Assembly (NCBI RefSeq): GCF_006345805.1
Contig: NC_043008.1
Span: 5,952,001 to 6,016,000, forward strand
From: Octopus sinensis
Lineage: Eukaryota
Direction: 5' to 3'
DNA length: 64,000 nucleotides
Shown: piece by piece, positions 37,635 through 50,029 of the stretch
Position numbering within the stretch: the stretch's first letter is position 1
Layout: each line of letters begins with the position of its first letter
Translations under genes and position numbers: made by a program
The notes under the pieces: model-generated
Database searches by the model: none
What the model was told of the DNA's origin: nothing
Seen by the model: only the letters and a program-made list of their open reading frames with translations

Positions 37635-38000
37635 TTTTTACTTGTTTCAGTCATTTGACTGTGGCCATGCTGGAGCACTGCCTTTAGTTGAGCAAATCGA
37701 CTCCAGGACTTATTCATTGTAAGCTTAGCCTTTATTCTATTGGTCTCTTTTGCCGAACTGCTAGGTTACATGGACGTAAACACACCAGCATCGGTTGCCA
37801 AGTGATACTGGGGGGACAAACACAGACACACAAACGTATACACACACACACATACACATATATATATATATATATATATACATACATACACCGGGCTTCT
37901 TTCAGTTTCCGTCTGCCAAATCTACTCACAAGGCTTTGGTTGGCCCGAGGCTATAGAAGACAAGGTGCCACACAGTGTGACTGAACCCGGAACCATGGTT
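37635..38000 (-). mobile_element. SINE family A (head slightly truncated)
   Basis: Reverse complement of the family A consensus seen at 24373-24766. Confidence 0.85.
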
Positions 38001-38226
38001 CACATATACACCCTAATACACAAACAATACATGCAGCACGTCAAGATTTACAGTTATGCATTCAGTTATATGAAAGCCTTTGGAAAATGTTGATGGAACA
38101 GGTTCATACAAAATTGTTTGTAGCCACAAAACTGACATGCATATTGTATACATTCCTATATTTAAGAGATGAGGAATTATGTACATTATTTACATTTGAC
38201 GGATATTTGTCATCTTGTTTGTTGTT

Positions 38227-38272
38227 AACACAACGTTTCGGCTGATATACCCTCCAGCCTTCATCAGGTGTC
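38227..38272 (-). ncRNA. minimal type I hammerhead ribozyme with intact core
   Basis: GACAC-CUGAUGA-A-GGCUG(GAGGGUAUAU)CAGCC-GAAAC-GUU-GUGUU. Stem I GACAC/GUGUU, 5-bp stem II, palindromic AACGUU stem III. Predicted cut between 38232 and 38231. Confidence 0.75.
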
Positions 38273-38559
38273 TTGGGGAAATTTCGAACCTGGGTCCTCG
38301 TTCCTAAGGTATATTTTTCAATGTTATTATTATTATTATTTAGGTCACTGCCTGGAATCAAACTCGGAATCTTGGGGTTAGTAGCCCATGCTCTTAACCA
38401 CAACGGGCATATGGTGTAGTGCTTAAGAGCACAGGCTACTAACCCTAAGATTCCGTGTTCAATTTCAGGCATTGACCTGAATAATAATAATAATAATGAT
38501 GATGATGATGATAACAACAACAACATTGAAATGAGAACCCAGGTTCGAAATTTCCCCAA

Positions 38560-38605
38560 GACACCTGTTGAAGGCTGGAGGGTATATCAGCCGAAACGTT
38601 GTGTT
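38560..38605 (+). ncRNA. minimal type I hammerhead, A6U copy
   Basis: Identical to 38227-38272 except CUGUUGA. Confidence 0.6.
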
Positions 38606-39327
38606 AACAACAAACAAGATGAGGACAAATATCCGTCATATGTAAATAATGTACATATGTATACATGATATTTGTTAAACATGTAGAATTTTAGAATTGT
38701 AAAATTTAACCTTGGTTCACAGTTTATCTGTGGAACTGGTCATGTTATTTTACTCTATGAATGCTTGAACAAATTGTTGAAAACCTGTGCTTACAAATGA
38801 TACATATGATGCCAAGGCAACAAGATGTATTACATCCATTGCCATAGTAACCTATTTTAAATCTGTTATCCTTTCCCCAAAACCTTTCTTTACTTCAGAT
38901 GTATAGCGATTCTGGGAAAAAGACACTAAACTTGACGTGATTTTGAAATATTTCTGACTGCTGCAATTACAAACATTTCCGTCATTATGAAATATTTGTA
39001 TCTGCGGCAGTATTGCCATTATTAAGAAGTCTCTTTGAAAGGGTGGAACTTTGCGCAAATAAAATGGACGCTACATTTGAAATGAAAGCAAGTAAAAGAA
39101 ATAAACACATAACACTTAAAGCTATTCTCCATAATGATAGGGTCGTTGATCTTAGAGGAATAAAAACATGATGGAAAGTCAGTATTTACTGTTTGAACTT
39201 GAAAGACAAATATACTTGGCCGCTGTAAGAAGCCAAGAAGAAGAAGAAGAATTGGTTTTATGCTGAAGAGTACATGTTTAAAAGAAATAGAAAAGTCAAA
39301 GTAGGAAGATCAACTGTGTCTAACTAC

Positions 39328-39520
39328 CTTGATAAAAAGATGATCAACCAGTGCATGATGCCAGCAACGAGTTGTGGATAGGAGACCTGTACACTGACCG
39401 AAAATGTTGAACGACAGCTGGAGACTGTGCAAAGAAAAAGTGAGAGATTTATCAAGTAGAAAATAGATACAACATTTTGATGACACACAGACAGAGCAGT
39501 TCATAAATGATTGAGATTTT
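39328..39520 (+). pseudogene. RTE-like ORF remnant (different lineage)
   Basis: LDKKMINQCMMPATSCG*ETCTLTENVERQLETVQRKSERF resembles the RTE ...FNQCILP.M.YG.ETW.L...L...QR..ER region. Confidence 0.45.
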
Positions 39521-39895
39521 AGGGAGATCCAGTAGGAAAGATGCTTATAGGCCTCTTCATCTCTAGTTTCTCTTGTCTTCAATGAATTTCTTTTAGTTTT
39601 TGGCATTTAGATGTATCTAATGGTTGTGGACAAGACTCTGTTTTACTCTTATGGGAGTTGATTGCTCTTCTGTTTAAAGAACTGTTTGGATGTTGTTGAT
39701 AAGACATCGCCAGGAGAAAGCAGACTGGTGAAAAATAGTGGATCACTAGACTTGCATCATTTAAGCTTGTTCTTCTGAGTTCAAATTGATTTGGCCGTTC
39801 ACCCCACAAGAAATGATAAAAGTAGTCAATTAATGGGTTTGGTTCAATCAACTCATCTATCTAGCTATCTATCTATCTATATATATATATATATA

Positions 39896-40066
39896 TATAC
39901 TTTATTTAAAAACAGCAGAAATATAACAAAAGCTGTTACTTGGAGTTTCATGTTCCCATTCATTGGACAGTTTTGTTGAAATAGAACAAAACTGTCCAAG
40001 GAACGGGAATGTGAAACTCTGAGTAACAGCTTTTGTTATATTTCTGCTGTTTTTAAATAAAGTATA
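39896..40066. repeat. 82-bp-arm palindrome (7-nt loop); each arm contains a hammerhead-like motif
   Basis: 39896-39977 vs 39985-40066 show 6 mismatches; loop gaaatag. Confidence 0.92.
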
Positions 40067-40154
40067 TTACTCTACCTCTGGTATTTGAGTACTCTTTTTT
40101 CCACCTTGTTTATGGGTTACTTACTCCAGTATATATATATATTAATTATATATA

Positions 40155-40194
<40 letters not shown>

Positions 40195-40347
40195 TATTTA
40201 GCTGAAGCAACAGAGTGATTCAAGGTCTAAGAATTTCATGCGTAGCTTCTGCTAAATATTAATAAAAATATATATACTAATGTTTTGATTTCTATTTTTC
40301 CTGTTTGCATCACCAAATCTATAGAAATATATATATATATATATTGT

Positions 40348-40516
40348 TTTTAAATGTTGGCACAAGGCCAGCCAGTTCTGGGGAGAGGGTAAATCAATTA
40401 CATCAACCCCAGTGTCCAACTGGTACTTGTTTTATTGAGCCTGAAAGAATAAAAGGCAATGTCGACCTTGGTGGAATTCGAGCTCAGAAAGTGAAAATGG
40501 ATGACATGCCACTAAA
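40348..40516 (-). mobile_element. SINE family D
   Basis: ttggcacaaggccag...caactggtactt...gaaagaataaaaggcaatgtcgacct...gaattcgagctcagaa; B-box-like ttctgagttcaaatt on the minus strand. Confidence 0.7.
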
Positions 40517-42997
40517 CCTATATATATATATATAAATAATTATAAATAAGGGCAAAAGAAAGAAAATTTCTATGCCAATATGCTGAGAAATAGATCTTAG
40601 ATCGGCAGTCACCACATACAATATACATCACTATAAATACATTGTGCTGAAATCTAGGAAACCAGAATTTTTTTTAAATGCGTTATCGCTGTCAGCTTAC
40701 TATCTTTGATTCAACATGATGTGTATTCATAGTGATGTATATTGTAACGTGGTGATTGACGATTTAAAGTCTATTTCTCAACATATTGGTATAGAAATTT
40801 TTTTTCTGTTGCCCTTATTTATAATTGTTTATAATTTTCACCTTTAAAGGTATTTTAATAAGTTGGTCACTTGATGAAATTTTTGGAGAACATTTTCTTC
40901 TATATTAGATATATATATATATATGTATATATAATGTTATATTCACTCAAATGAATAATGGTGTTATGCCAATAAGAGAAATCAGTACATCAGCCTTCTC
41001 TTCCTCTCCATCATCATCATCACTACCCTCAATGACTATGATGTATGTTGGTTTCATTTAGTAAAATTCTCCAAGCATAATTAGAGAGTGGACAGTCATG
41101 AAAGTGAGACTATGAAAGGACTTAATGTTTCTTAGAAGCCCAGATTAAGACTTGTTTGTGGGGATCTTCCCATCAAGGGCTGGCCCAAAGGATAACCATA
41201 CTTCAAAGGCCTTTCAGTATTAATCTTATTAATGGAGGTTATCAAGTTTACATTCAATATGCCAGCTACCTGTTCCCTCCAGGGGCCGAGATAAAGTGTT
41301 TTTACTAAGAAGTCTTGCATGCTGTGTAAATTGTAATTCAATCAAGTTGGTTTTACAAGGAGAAGAAGAACAACAACAACTGTGATGACTAGTTTTGCTG
41401 AAAGAAACCACATACAAGAGTTTATGACATGAACCAGTGAAGGTGTGGGTCTGCAGTTGTATGTGTGCAATTGTGCAGCTGCAAGCACAGTGGCACTCAC
41501 TTTGTGAATAAAGGTGTTGGGACATATGAGATAAAATTAGTGGCATGGAAGTTGAATAGTGTTTTAAAAAGAGGGGGAAAATAATTAATTAATACAGGGT
41601 GGGGTATGAGTGCCAGTGTAGAAGAAAAGATGGAGTAGCAGTAGCAGCAGCAGCAGCAACACCACAGCAGCAGCAGCAGTAGCGGCAGCAATGGTTGCAC
41701 AATATTCAGAAAGTAAAATTAGACATCTACAGGCCAGTTGTTGAAATTAAATGAAGAGCTCAAACTAATGCAACTATGTGGCAGATATTAAAAGCAAATT
41801 TAATTATAACAATAAACACATCAAAAGAAACATAAACAATCAAGGAACAAGATGGAAACGGCAGAAAGTACTGGAAGACTTAGTCCTTTGAATTTAAAGA
41901 TCAACTTTCGAAGAACTAAAATCAAATGAAGCTTTGTTTTTGTATAATTACATTTTCGGTTGCATTAGTTACCGCTTCAGTAAATTAGAGCTCTTGTTGC
42001 TAGTAATTATATGGTTTTCACAAACTTTCATTGTATCACATGGTTTATTTTCTGATTTCAATGTTTAGTTCATCGTATAATTAATACTCGCTAGCCTAAC
42101 GAAATTTAATGATCCTCTACCCTCACAAAATTGAAGCAATAAACATCCTTTAAAAATAACAATTTGTTCTTTATTTTGACTCTTTAAAAGGCTCAAAAGA
42201 TTTTTCTTTCTGCTTTCGTATTTATGTATATCTAATGAGAGAGAATGGCTGGCAGATAGAGATGGATAGATAGAGATAGATAGATAGTTAGATAGATAGA
42301 TAGAAAGGTAGGTAGAGATAGAGAGAGAGAGAGAGAGAGAGAGGGAATTCTTGTTATTTTGTTATGCAGGTTTTCTTATCAGTCAATTAACGAAATAAAA
42401 TGCTTGTTTTGAAAGTATGCTGGTTTTATATTTATATTTTAATACATACATCTCTGCTGAACACTAAAAATATTCTCATTCACAAATATAAAGTTATAAA
42501 TTTTTAATCCAATTCTTGCTTGTATCGAAAAACAGGCTGAAAAATGATGATGAGGAAAATGCTAATGAGACGAAAAAAGGTATTAACTGCAATAATTTAA
42601 TCACTAAGAGTTCAATACAATTGATCTCTTATTAGGATTTTCAGCTATTTCGTGATTACAGATCATAGACGTTTTTTGTGTGTAAATTGGTGAGATTCTT
42701 TATATGAAAGACATTTTGAAGTCTAAAATTCTAGATTTTTCTGGCTCCAATGCAGACATGTGTAAAATAAAAATTCTTTGTGAGCTTACAGATAAATACC
42801 ATAATTCTTAAGGGTAATAATTTATACAATTTATTTCTTTTTAAAAATAGTTCCATTAAATCAATTTGCATTACAGAAAGACAAGGTCAAGTTGGTGTTT
42901 CTTGGGAATTGGTGATTCAGTACTTGGAGTTCTCCATAAAAATCAACAGCAAATACTTTTCTGTGAAAATTGCTTCCCAGATAATCGTTAATATATT

Positions 42998-43210
42998 GGT
43001 TTCAAATTTTGGCACAAAGCCAGCAATTTGGGGGAAGGGGGAAGTCAATTACATCACCCCCAGTATCCAGCTGGTACTTATTTTATAAATCTCGAAAGGA
43101 TGAAAGGCAAAGTTGACCACAGCAGAATTTGAACTCAGACATAAAGATGGATAGAATGCTGCAAAGCATTTTGCCCAGCCTGCTGATGATTCTGCCAGTT
43201 TGCCGCCTAA
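42998..43210 (-). mobile_element. SINE family D
   Basis: Aligns with 55277-55492 and 62011-62224. Confidence 0.8.
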
Positions 43211-43317
43211 GTATTATAATTATATTAAGGTCTATATTAATTAGTAAGTCATTTCTAAGGGAATGTTATATAACAATAGTACTTCATATGAAATATCAAT
43301 AGTTGGGAATAAATCAA

Positions 43318-43532
43318 CCCTTTCATTACCAACCTGGCTGAAACTGGCTCTGTAGTACAAATGTCTTGTTTTCATAAGTTTTGAATTAAAATCTTCCACC
43401 AAAGCTTAGTCACAATTTATGTTCCTAACACTAGCTTAATGGTAACCAAGTTATTTTACTAAATTCTTTGTTATATTTAATGTAATTGAAAGAAACACAG
43501 AGCATCTCAACAGAAATACAGTAACGAAAGGG
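43318..43532. mobile_element. piggyBac-type MITE, copy 1
   Basis: TIR ccctttcattac/gtaacgaaaggg; flanks TCAA/TTAA. Confidence 0.75.
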
Positions 43533-43684
43533 TTAAGAAGAAAAATAGTCAGCAGAAGACATGAAAAAAGGAAACCTCAATGTGGTCACTCTATATGCTA
43601 GAAATAGTAGCCTAAATTTCCTTCAAGCCACACCCTTCCAACTGCTTCTAATGTACATCAGCCCAAATGTAGAGATGTGTTTAA

Positions 43685-43906
43685 CCCTTTCGATACCAAC
43701 CCAGCTGAAACCGGCTCTGGCTCTGTAGTACAACTATTTTGCTTTCATAAGTTTTGAATTAAAATTTTTCACCAAACCTTAGTCACAATTTATGTTCCTA
43801 ACACTAGCTTAATGGTAACTAAGTTATTTTACTAAATTCTTTGTTATATTTAAAATTAATTGAAAGAAACACAGAGCAACTCAAAATAAATACAGTAACA
43901 AAAGAG
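43685..43906. mobile_element. piggyBac-type MITE, copy 2
   Basis: TTAA-ccctttcgatac...gtaacaaaagag-TTAA. Confidence 0.75.
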
Positions 43907-44321
43907 TTAAAGTGATAACACTTACACATAAATAAACTAAATAACTATAGCATAGCAAAATTAATATCCGATGCCAATTGCATGGTATTTCATTGGTTTG
44001 ATTCAATGCCAAACATGAAGAGTAAAAGTGATGATTTTTTCCAAAAGTGAATAGAGTTGAAAACTTTTTGAATATTTCTCTTCCAAAAGAAGTCAGACAC
44101 AATACTACACCATTCTCATAACTGAAAAACTCCTCAATTATTTACTTTTGCAATTAGATTTCAATATAATGAAGGTGGGGAGGGATTGTCTTTCTTTACA
44201 TTTTTCTAAAATGCAAAGAAAGGGAATGGGTGGGAGGTGGGGCAAACTAAAAGGAATTAGAATGATTTTTAGTATAAATATAATGAGGACATAATAAGCT
44301 GTATACAGTAACATACAGTAG

Positions 44322-44470
44322 TGAAGGCACATGGCTTAATGGTTAGAGCATTGAGCTCTCAATTGTGAGGTAGTGAGATCGATTCCTGGATCAGGCTGAA
44401 AGTTGTGTTCTTGAGCAAGACACTTTGTTTCATGTTGCTGCAGTTCACTCAGCTGCAACATCACTGGTAC
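44322..44470 (+). mobile_element. tRNA-derived SINE head with CORE-like segment
   Basis: ggcacatggcttaatggttagagc...gatcgattcctgg...cttgagcaagacactttgtttcatgttgctgcagttcactcagctg. Confidence 0.65.
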
Positions 44471-44495
44471 CTTTTCCTTGGGTAACATGTGTGTG

Positions 44496-44655
44496 TGACA
44501 GGCTTCTTTCAGTTTCCATCTGCCAAATCCATTCACAGGGCTTCGTCAGCCTGAGGTTATAGTAGAAGACACTTGCCCAAGGTGCTACATCGTGGGACTG
44601 AGCCTGGAACCATGTAGTAGGTAAGCAAGCTACTTACCACACAGCCACTCCTGTT
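44496..44655 (-). mobile_element. SINE family A, 5' half
   Basis: Reverse of caggagtggctgtgtggtaagtagcttgc...gaaactgaaagaagcc. Confidence 0.8.
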
Positions 44656-45229
44656 GAGACAGGGAATATTTCTACACCCAGATACCCTTCCTGTTGCTGT
44701 GCCTCCCTTGTTAAACAACAATCCACACATCTATCAAACAATCAACAATACAGACATAGTTACAGAATAAACTGGAAACAAACAGCAACATTTGAACAGA
44801 GATATATGGTTTTTTTCTTTTAGTGTACATGTTTCTTTACATTTCCTGACATGTTGCATAATGTTTGTTTATGTCTTTGCAAACACTGGGCACCGTGACA
44901 TGTCAAGAAGCCCGAAGTTGCTTCCCCAGTTGGCTGCAAGCAAATTATATTGCCTGTATTGAAAGGGAGGCTGTTTGTGTACAGTTAGTAAACACATGTA
45001 AAGATGAAGGGAAAACAAACTCACTTCTCACACATATGCCCGTGCACACAAACACACAAAAACACACACACAGAGGACAAGTGTCTTCAGCTTCTGTCAA
45101 CCAATTTCATTCTTAAGCTATCGGCTGACCCATGGCTATATTATAGAATGTTAGCCAAAAATGTTCATCTGATTCTCAAGTGAACTTTTTAACCACTACA
45201 ACTATATATAACCCTAAGACAATTTACGT

Positions 45230-46334
45230 TCATCCCTCTATATTTGAGTTCAATCTCTACTAAGGTTAACTTCACTTTTCAATCCTCTAGGGTCAATTCA
45301 TCACCACCATTATTATTATTATTATTATGATGATGATTATTAAGGCAGCCAGCTGGCAGTAATTGTTAGCATGCTGATCGAAATAAGTACTGGTTGAGTA
45401 CTGGGGTCAATGTAATTGACTATCCCTGTGCCCCAAATTTAAGGCCTTGTGCCTATAGTAGAAAGAATTATTATTATTATTATCATTATTATTATTATTA
45501 AGGTGGTGAGCTGGGCAAAATGCTTAGCAGCATTTCATCTGTCTTAATGTTCTGAGTTCAAATTCTGCCAAGGCCGACTTTGCCTTTCATCCTTTTGGGG
45601 TTGATAAATTAAGGACCACTAAACACAGTGGTTAATGTAATCAACTATCCCTGTTCCCACCAAATTTCAAGCCTTCTACCTATAGCAAAAAGGATTATTA
45701 TCATCATCATCATTACTAGAATGGTGGAGGGCATAAAGAGTTAAAATTATTTAGATTCATCTCCAATGTTCTGAGTTCAATATCTATGAAAGTTAACTTT
45801 TCTTTTTTATTGTGTTGGGTCAATAAAAATAGTATCAGTTATACACTGGGGCTGCTTGAATCAATTATATTCTCCACTCCATTATTTGTGAATTTGAACA
45901 CAAGTTAGAAATCACTATTATAGTAAATACCTTATTACGTAGTCAATTTTGTCTCTCTCTCCTCTCTCTCTCTTTCTCTCTCTCTCAATATTCTCAGTTC
46001 AAATGCTGCAAGGATGAACTTCAGTTTTTGTGTCCACAATTAGTAAAATAAGTTTTAATTATGCATTTGAGTTAATTTAATCAACTATGACTTTCAGTTA
46101 CTAATTTGTGGCTTGTATCTTAGTCACAAATTAAGTTTTGTTTCAAATTTTGGCACAAGGCCAGGAATTTTAGAGGAGGGGTTTGCCAATTACCTCAACC
46201 CCTGTATTCAACTGGTACTTATTTTGTACATGCTGAAAGGACAAGTCAACCTCGGTAGAATCTGAATGTAAGGATGAACAAAATGCCACTAAGCATTTCG
46301 CTTGGAATATTAATGATTCTGCCAGCCACCTTAA
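45230..46334. mobile_element. cluster of about five SINE family D copies separated by (ATT)n
   Basis: Repeated ttctgagttcaaatt...gactttgcctttcatcc...gataaa units on +; last copy (46140-46334) on minus. Confidence 0.75.
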
Positions 46335-46491
46335 ATCAGAAAATAAAAATCATTATTTTATACATCTCAGGCTTTACTATTTGTTGATGCTGCTCTGATT
46401 CAAGTGACCTATGGTCAAAATATTCTCTGGTCTAATTTTCAGAAATTGTATACCTAGGCCTTCACTATCCAGTATGTTCTACATTGTTTAA

Positions 46492-46711
46492 CCCTTTCGT
46501 TACAACCCGGCTGAAACTGGCTCTGACTCTGAGTACAAATGTCTTGTTTCCATAAATTTTGAATTAAAATCTTCCACCAAACCTTAGTCACAATTTAGGT
46601 TCCTAACATAACACTAGCTGAATGATAACTAAGTTGTTTTACTAAATTCTGTGTTATATTTAAAATAATTGAAACACAGAGTATCTCAAAATAAATACAG
46701 TAACGAAAGGG
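46492..46711. mobile_element. piggyBac-type MITE, copy 3
   Basis: Perfect TTAA-ccctttcgttac / gtaacgaaaggg-TTAA. Confidence 0.85.
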
Positions 46712-47247
46712 TTAACATGCTAGGGTGTGATCTGGAGCACACAAGCATGGCTGTGAAATTGTAAAGTTTGCTTCACAACTGTGTCAACTTGGGCAGATAC
46801 CTTGTAAATAAATTAGACTTGGTTCAATCAAGTGAAATTTGGTAGATGGAAACTCTGTGGAATCTTGTTGGCTCAATCAGTTTTGTTTAAATTTAATCAA
46901 AAAAATAAATGGTGTAATAATTATACTAATGAAAGAATTAAGGTTGTTTAATGGGACTTCATAAGGATCTAAAGTCTGCCAAACTTTAAAATGACCAATA
47001 GAATTAGTACTAGGCTTACAAAAAATAAGTCCAAGGATTGATTTGTTTGACTAAAGGTGATGCTCCAGCATGGCCACAGTCAATTGTTGGCAAAACAGTT
47101 TTCAAATGTTTTTCAAGGAAGGGTCAACAAAAATTGAGTCTGGGAGATAAAGATCAAAGCTAATTCTGGCAGCATTTTAACTGAGGATATAGAAACCAAA
47201 TTAAATATACACCTACTGAAATGAAGATTTATAAATCTTATACATAT

Positions 47248-47813
47248 AGACGCAGGTGTGGCTGTGTGGTAAGAAGCTTGCTTCCCAACCACATGGCTCT
47301 AAGTTCAGTCCCACAGCATGGCACCTTGGGCAAGTGTCTTCTACTATAGCCTTGTGCCTACCAAAGCTTTGTGAGTGGATTTGGTACACGAAAACTTAAA
47401 GAAGCCCATCATCATCATCGTTTAACGTCCGTTTTCCATGCTAGCATGGGTTGGACAGTCCGACCGGGGTCTAGGAAGCCAGGAGGCTGCACCAGGCTCC
47501 AGTCTGATCTGGCAGTGTTTCTACAGCTGGATGCCCTTCCTAACACCAACCACTCCATGAGTGTAGATCATATATATATATATGTATGTGTGTGTGTGTG
47601 TGTGTATCTGTTAGTTGCATCTGTGTTTGTCTTCCCACCATCGCTTGACAACCAATGTTGGTGTGTTTACATCCTCGTCACTTAGCAATTCAAGAAAAAG
47701 AGCCCGATAGAATAAGTACTAGGCTTACAAAGAATAAGTCCTAGGTTCGATTTGTCTGACTAAAGGTGGTGCTCTGGCATGGCCACATTCAAATGACTGA
47801 AACAAGTAAAAGA
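47248..47813 (+). mobile_element. SINE family A interrupted by an antisense RTE 3' end (47407-47566)
   Basis: The insertion sits just after aaagaagccc, at the start of the SINE's internal microsatellite. Confidence 0.85.
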
Positions 47814-48959
47814 CTATTCATAAAATAAAGCAGCAGTAGTAGTAGTAGTGGTGGTGGTGGGGGGAGTATAGTTGATTAAATTGCTCCTTGTGCTTTACTG
47901 ATGATACTTAATCCTTCACCCAGTTTAATCCTACCACTTAGGATTAGGGTATCTTTATCAGAGGGTGCCCTATTGTAAGTATTTGGACTAAGTCTCCAAC
48001 TTCCACCAGTCTTAAATGGCTGGAAAACTCATGGTTGCTGTTCTTCATTTTCTGACTAATTGATGTAAAAATATAAAAATAAAACACGAATAATATATAT
48101 TTTTCTTGCATTTTATCAAATACATCTGCACTTAAGTAAAATAAAAGAAGTATGTTATTTTAGCAAAATACATTGGGGATGGAAAAATCAGCCCCATAAA
48201 ATTTATTTATTTGAAATAACAACTTGAGCTATTAAATAAACAGTGTGAGGGACATTTTACAAGTGGCTTATTTTCATGCAGACAATCCGAACAATCCGTT
48301 GGTTTTACGGTTTTATTTTATTCGTTGGTTATGCAGGTTTAAAAATGTTTGATCACTCCTGTGTTTTTATTGGCGGAATTATTGGAAAATGTTAATAGAT
48401 TTTAAAAAGCTAAAGAATCCTCCTCCCCACCAGAAACGATTGTAAACATGCAGGATATGGGAAATATATTATGATGGGTGATATTTATTGAGTTCCAGTG
48501 AAAGGAAAGAAACAGTCAATAACAATGTGTTTCAGGCAACTAGTGACTAAGGTTTACAAGTATGACTATCCTCAGCTGAATAATAAAACATGTATTACGG
48601 TATATTAGAAGTGTGTACGTTTTAAGTTAGTAAATTGAAAGCAAAGTATAGTCAAGTGAATTTTGCTACATAAATGGTTTTCACCACAAATGAAAAAAAA
48701 AAAATCCCTGATATCTGTGCAATAAATATTGGTTTCCTTGTTATTAAACACAACAAGGAAAATTAATTTGTTGGAATGGGAAAACTTTCCAAAGAAGCTG
48801 AATAAACAAATATGGTCTTTTTTTTTTGTTTTTGGTTTTGTTTTTGTTTTTCTTTTGTCTCGAACTTAAATGAAAAATTATTAACAAAAGCTGTGTTATA
48901 AATACTTATTGTCGATTCAGTAATTATATAGCATTTCAATATCTCTCCATTTATCTTGA

Positions 48960-49270
48960 TTATGCACACACATATACATACATACATATGTATATATACA
49001 TATATTATACATATGTGTGTATATACATACATACATATGTATATATATATACACATACACACACATGTATTATACATACATATATATACACATATGTGTA
49101 TATATATAAATATATATATATATTATATATATATATATATATAAATATATATATATATAAATATATGTATATATAAATATATGTATATATATAAATATAT
49201 ATATACACATATATAGTTACACACACATATATATATGTATACAAATATATACACATATAGATATAAATAC

Positions 49271-49303
<33 letters not shown>

Positions 49304-49375
49304 AAAATACATATATATATAAATACATATATACACACACACATATATACACATGTATGTATGTTTAAGGAAACT
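48960..49375. repeat. compound (TA)n/(CA)n microsatellite
   Basis: Directly visible. Confidence 0.95.
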
Positions 49376-50029
49376 ATAAAACAGAAGTGAGGGTAAAAAA
49401 GAATCAACTCCAAAACTACAAACAACTCATTAAAATTTAATCTAGCTTTTGGCAATCACTGCCTCCTGAGTGTCATTCATACAAAGAATATTCCGTTGTC
49501 AAATATTTTATTAATTTTCATTGATAAATGTTAGACTACATCCACAATAAAAATCTTCTATGATTTGTACTCTACTTATAGAATTGTTTTAGTTTACAAA
49601 TCAACATTTTTCATTGTTATTGTGGCAGGTTAATGCAAATCTCTTAACCAAATTTCATTTCAAAGTTGGACTGTTTTAACTAATGTCTTTAGACGAAATA
49701 TAACTTGTCAGTCACAACTTCCTTCCATTGTAATTCTATGAGTAATTGAGAAATCATTAAGAATATTTACAGCTTCATGATATAGAGGTAAATAATTTGG
49801 TGAAATATAGTTAAGTTAATTTTAAAACATACCAGCACAATGTTAATTCTTAGTAGCAGGAAGATTACATTTTGAACCAGAGTAAGAAATGGAAACCATA
49901 CATAATTTTCAGCCTCGTTAGTTTTTATGAAGGGGAAAATATTACTGAGTTCAACAATATTTATTTTTGCAAATATTTTCCAAACAAAATTTGTTGGAAC
50001 CATTGGTTGTTTTTAATTGAATATTCTTA

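Larger units (their letters stand above)
38153..38656. mobile_element. head-to-head inverted dimer of tRNA-head/(AAT)n/hammerhead-tail element
   Basis: Tail(-) 38153-38320, (ATT)n, head(-) 38342-38410, head(+) 38411-38480, (AAT/GAT/AAC)n, tail(+) 38530-38656. Confidence 0.85.

Noticed and set aside
38411-38480. tRNA-like head as a real tRNA gene
   Set aside because: No acceptor-stem partner or Pol III terminator; it runs into (AAT)n and a repeat tail, so it is a SINE-type head.
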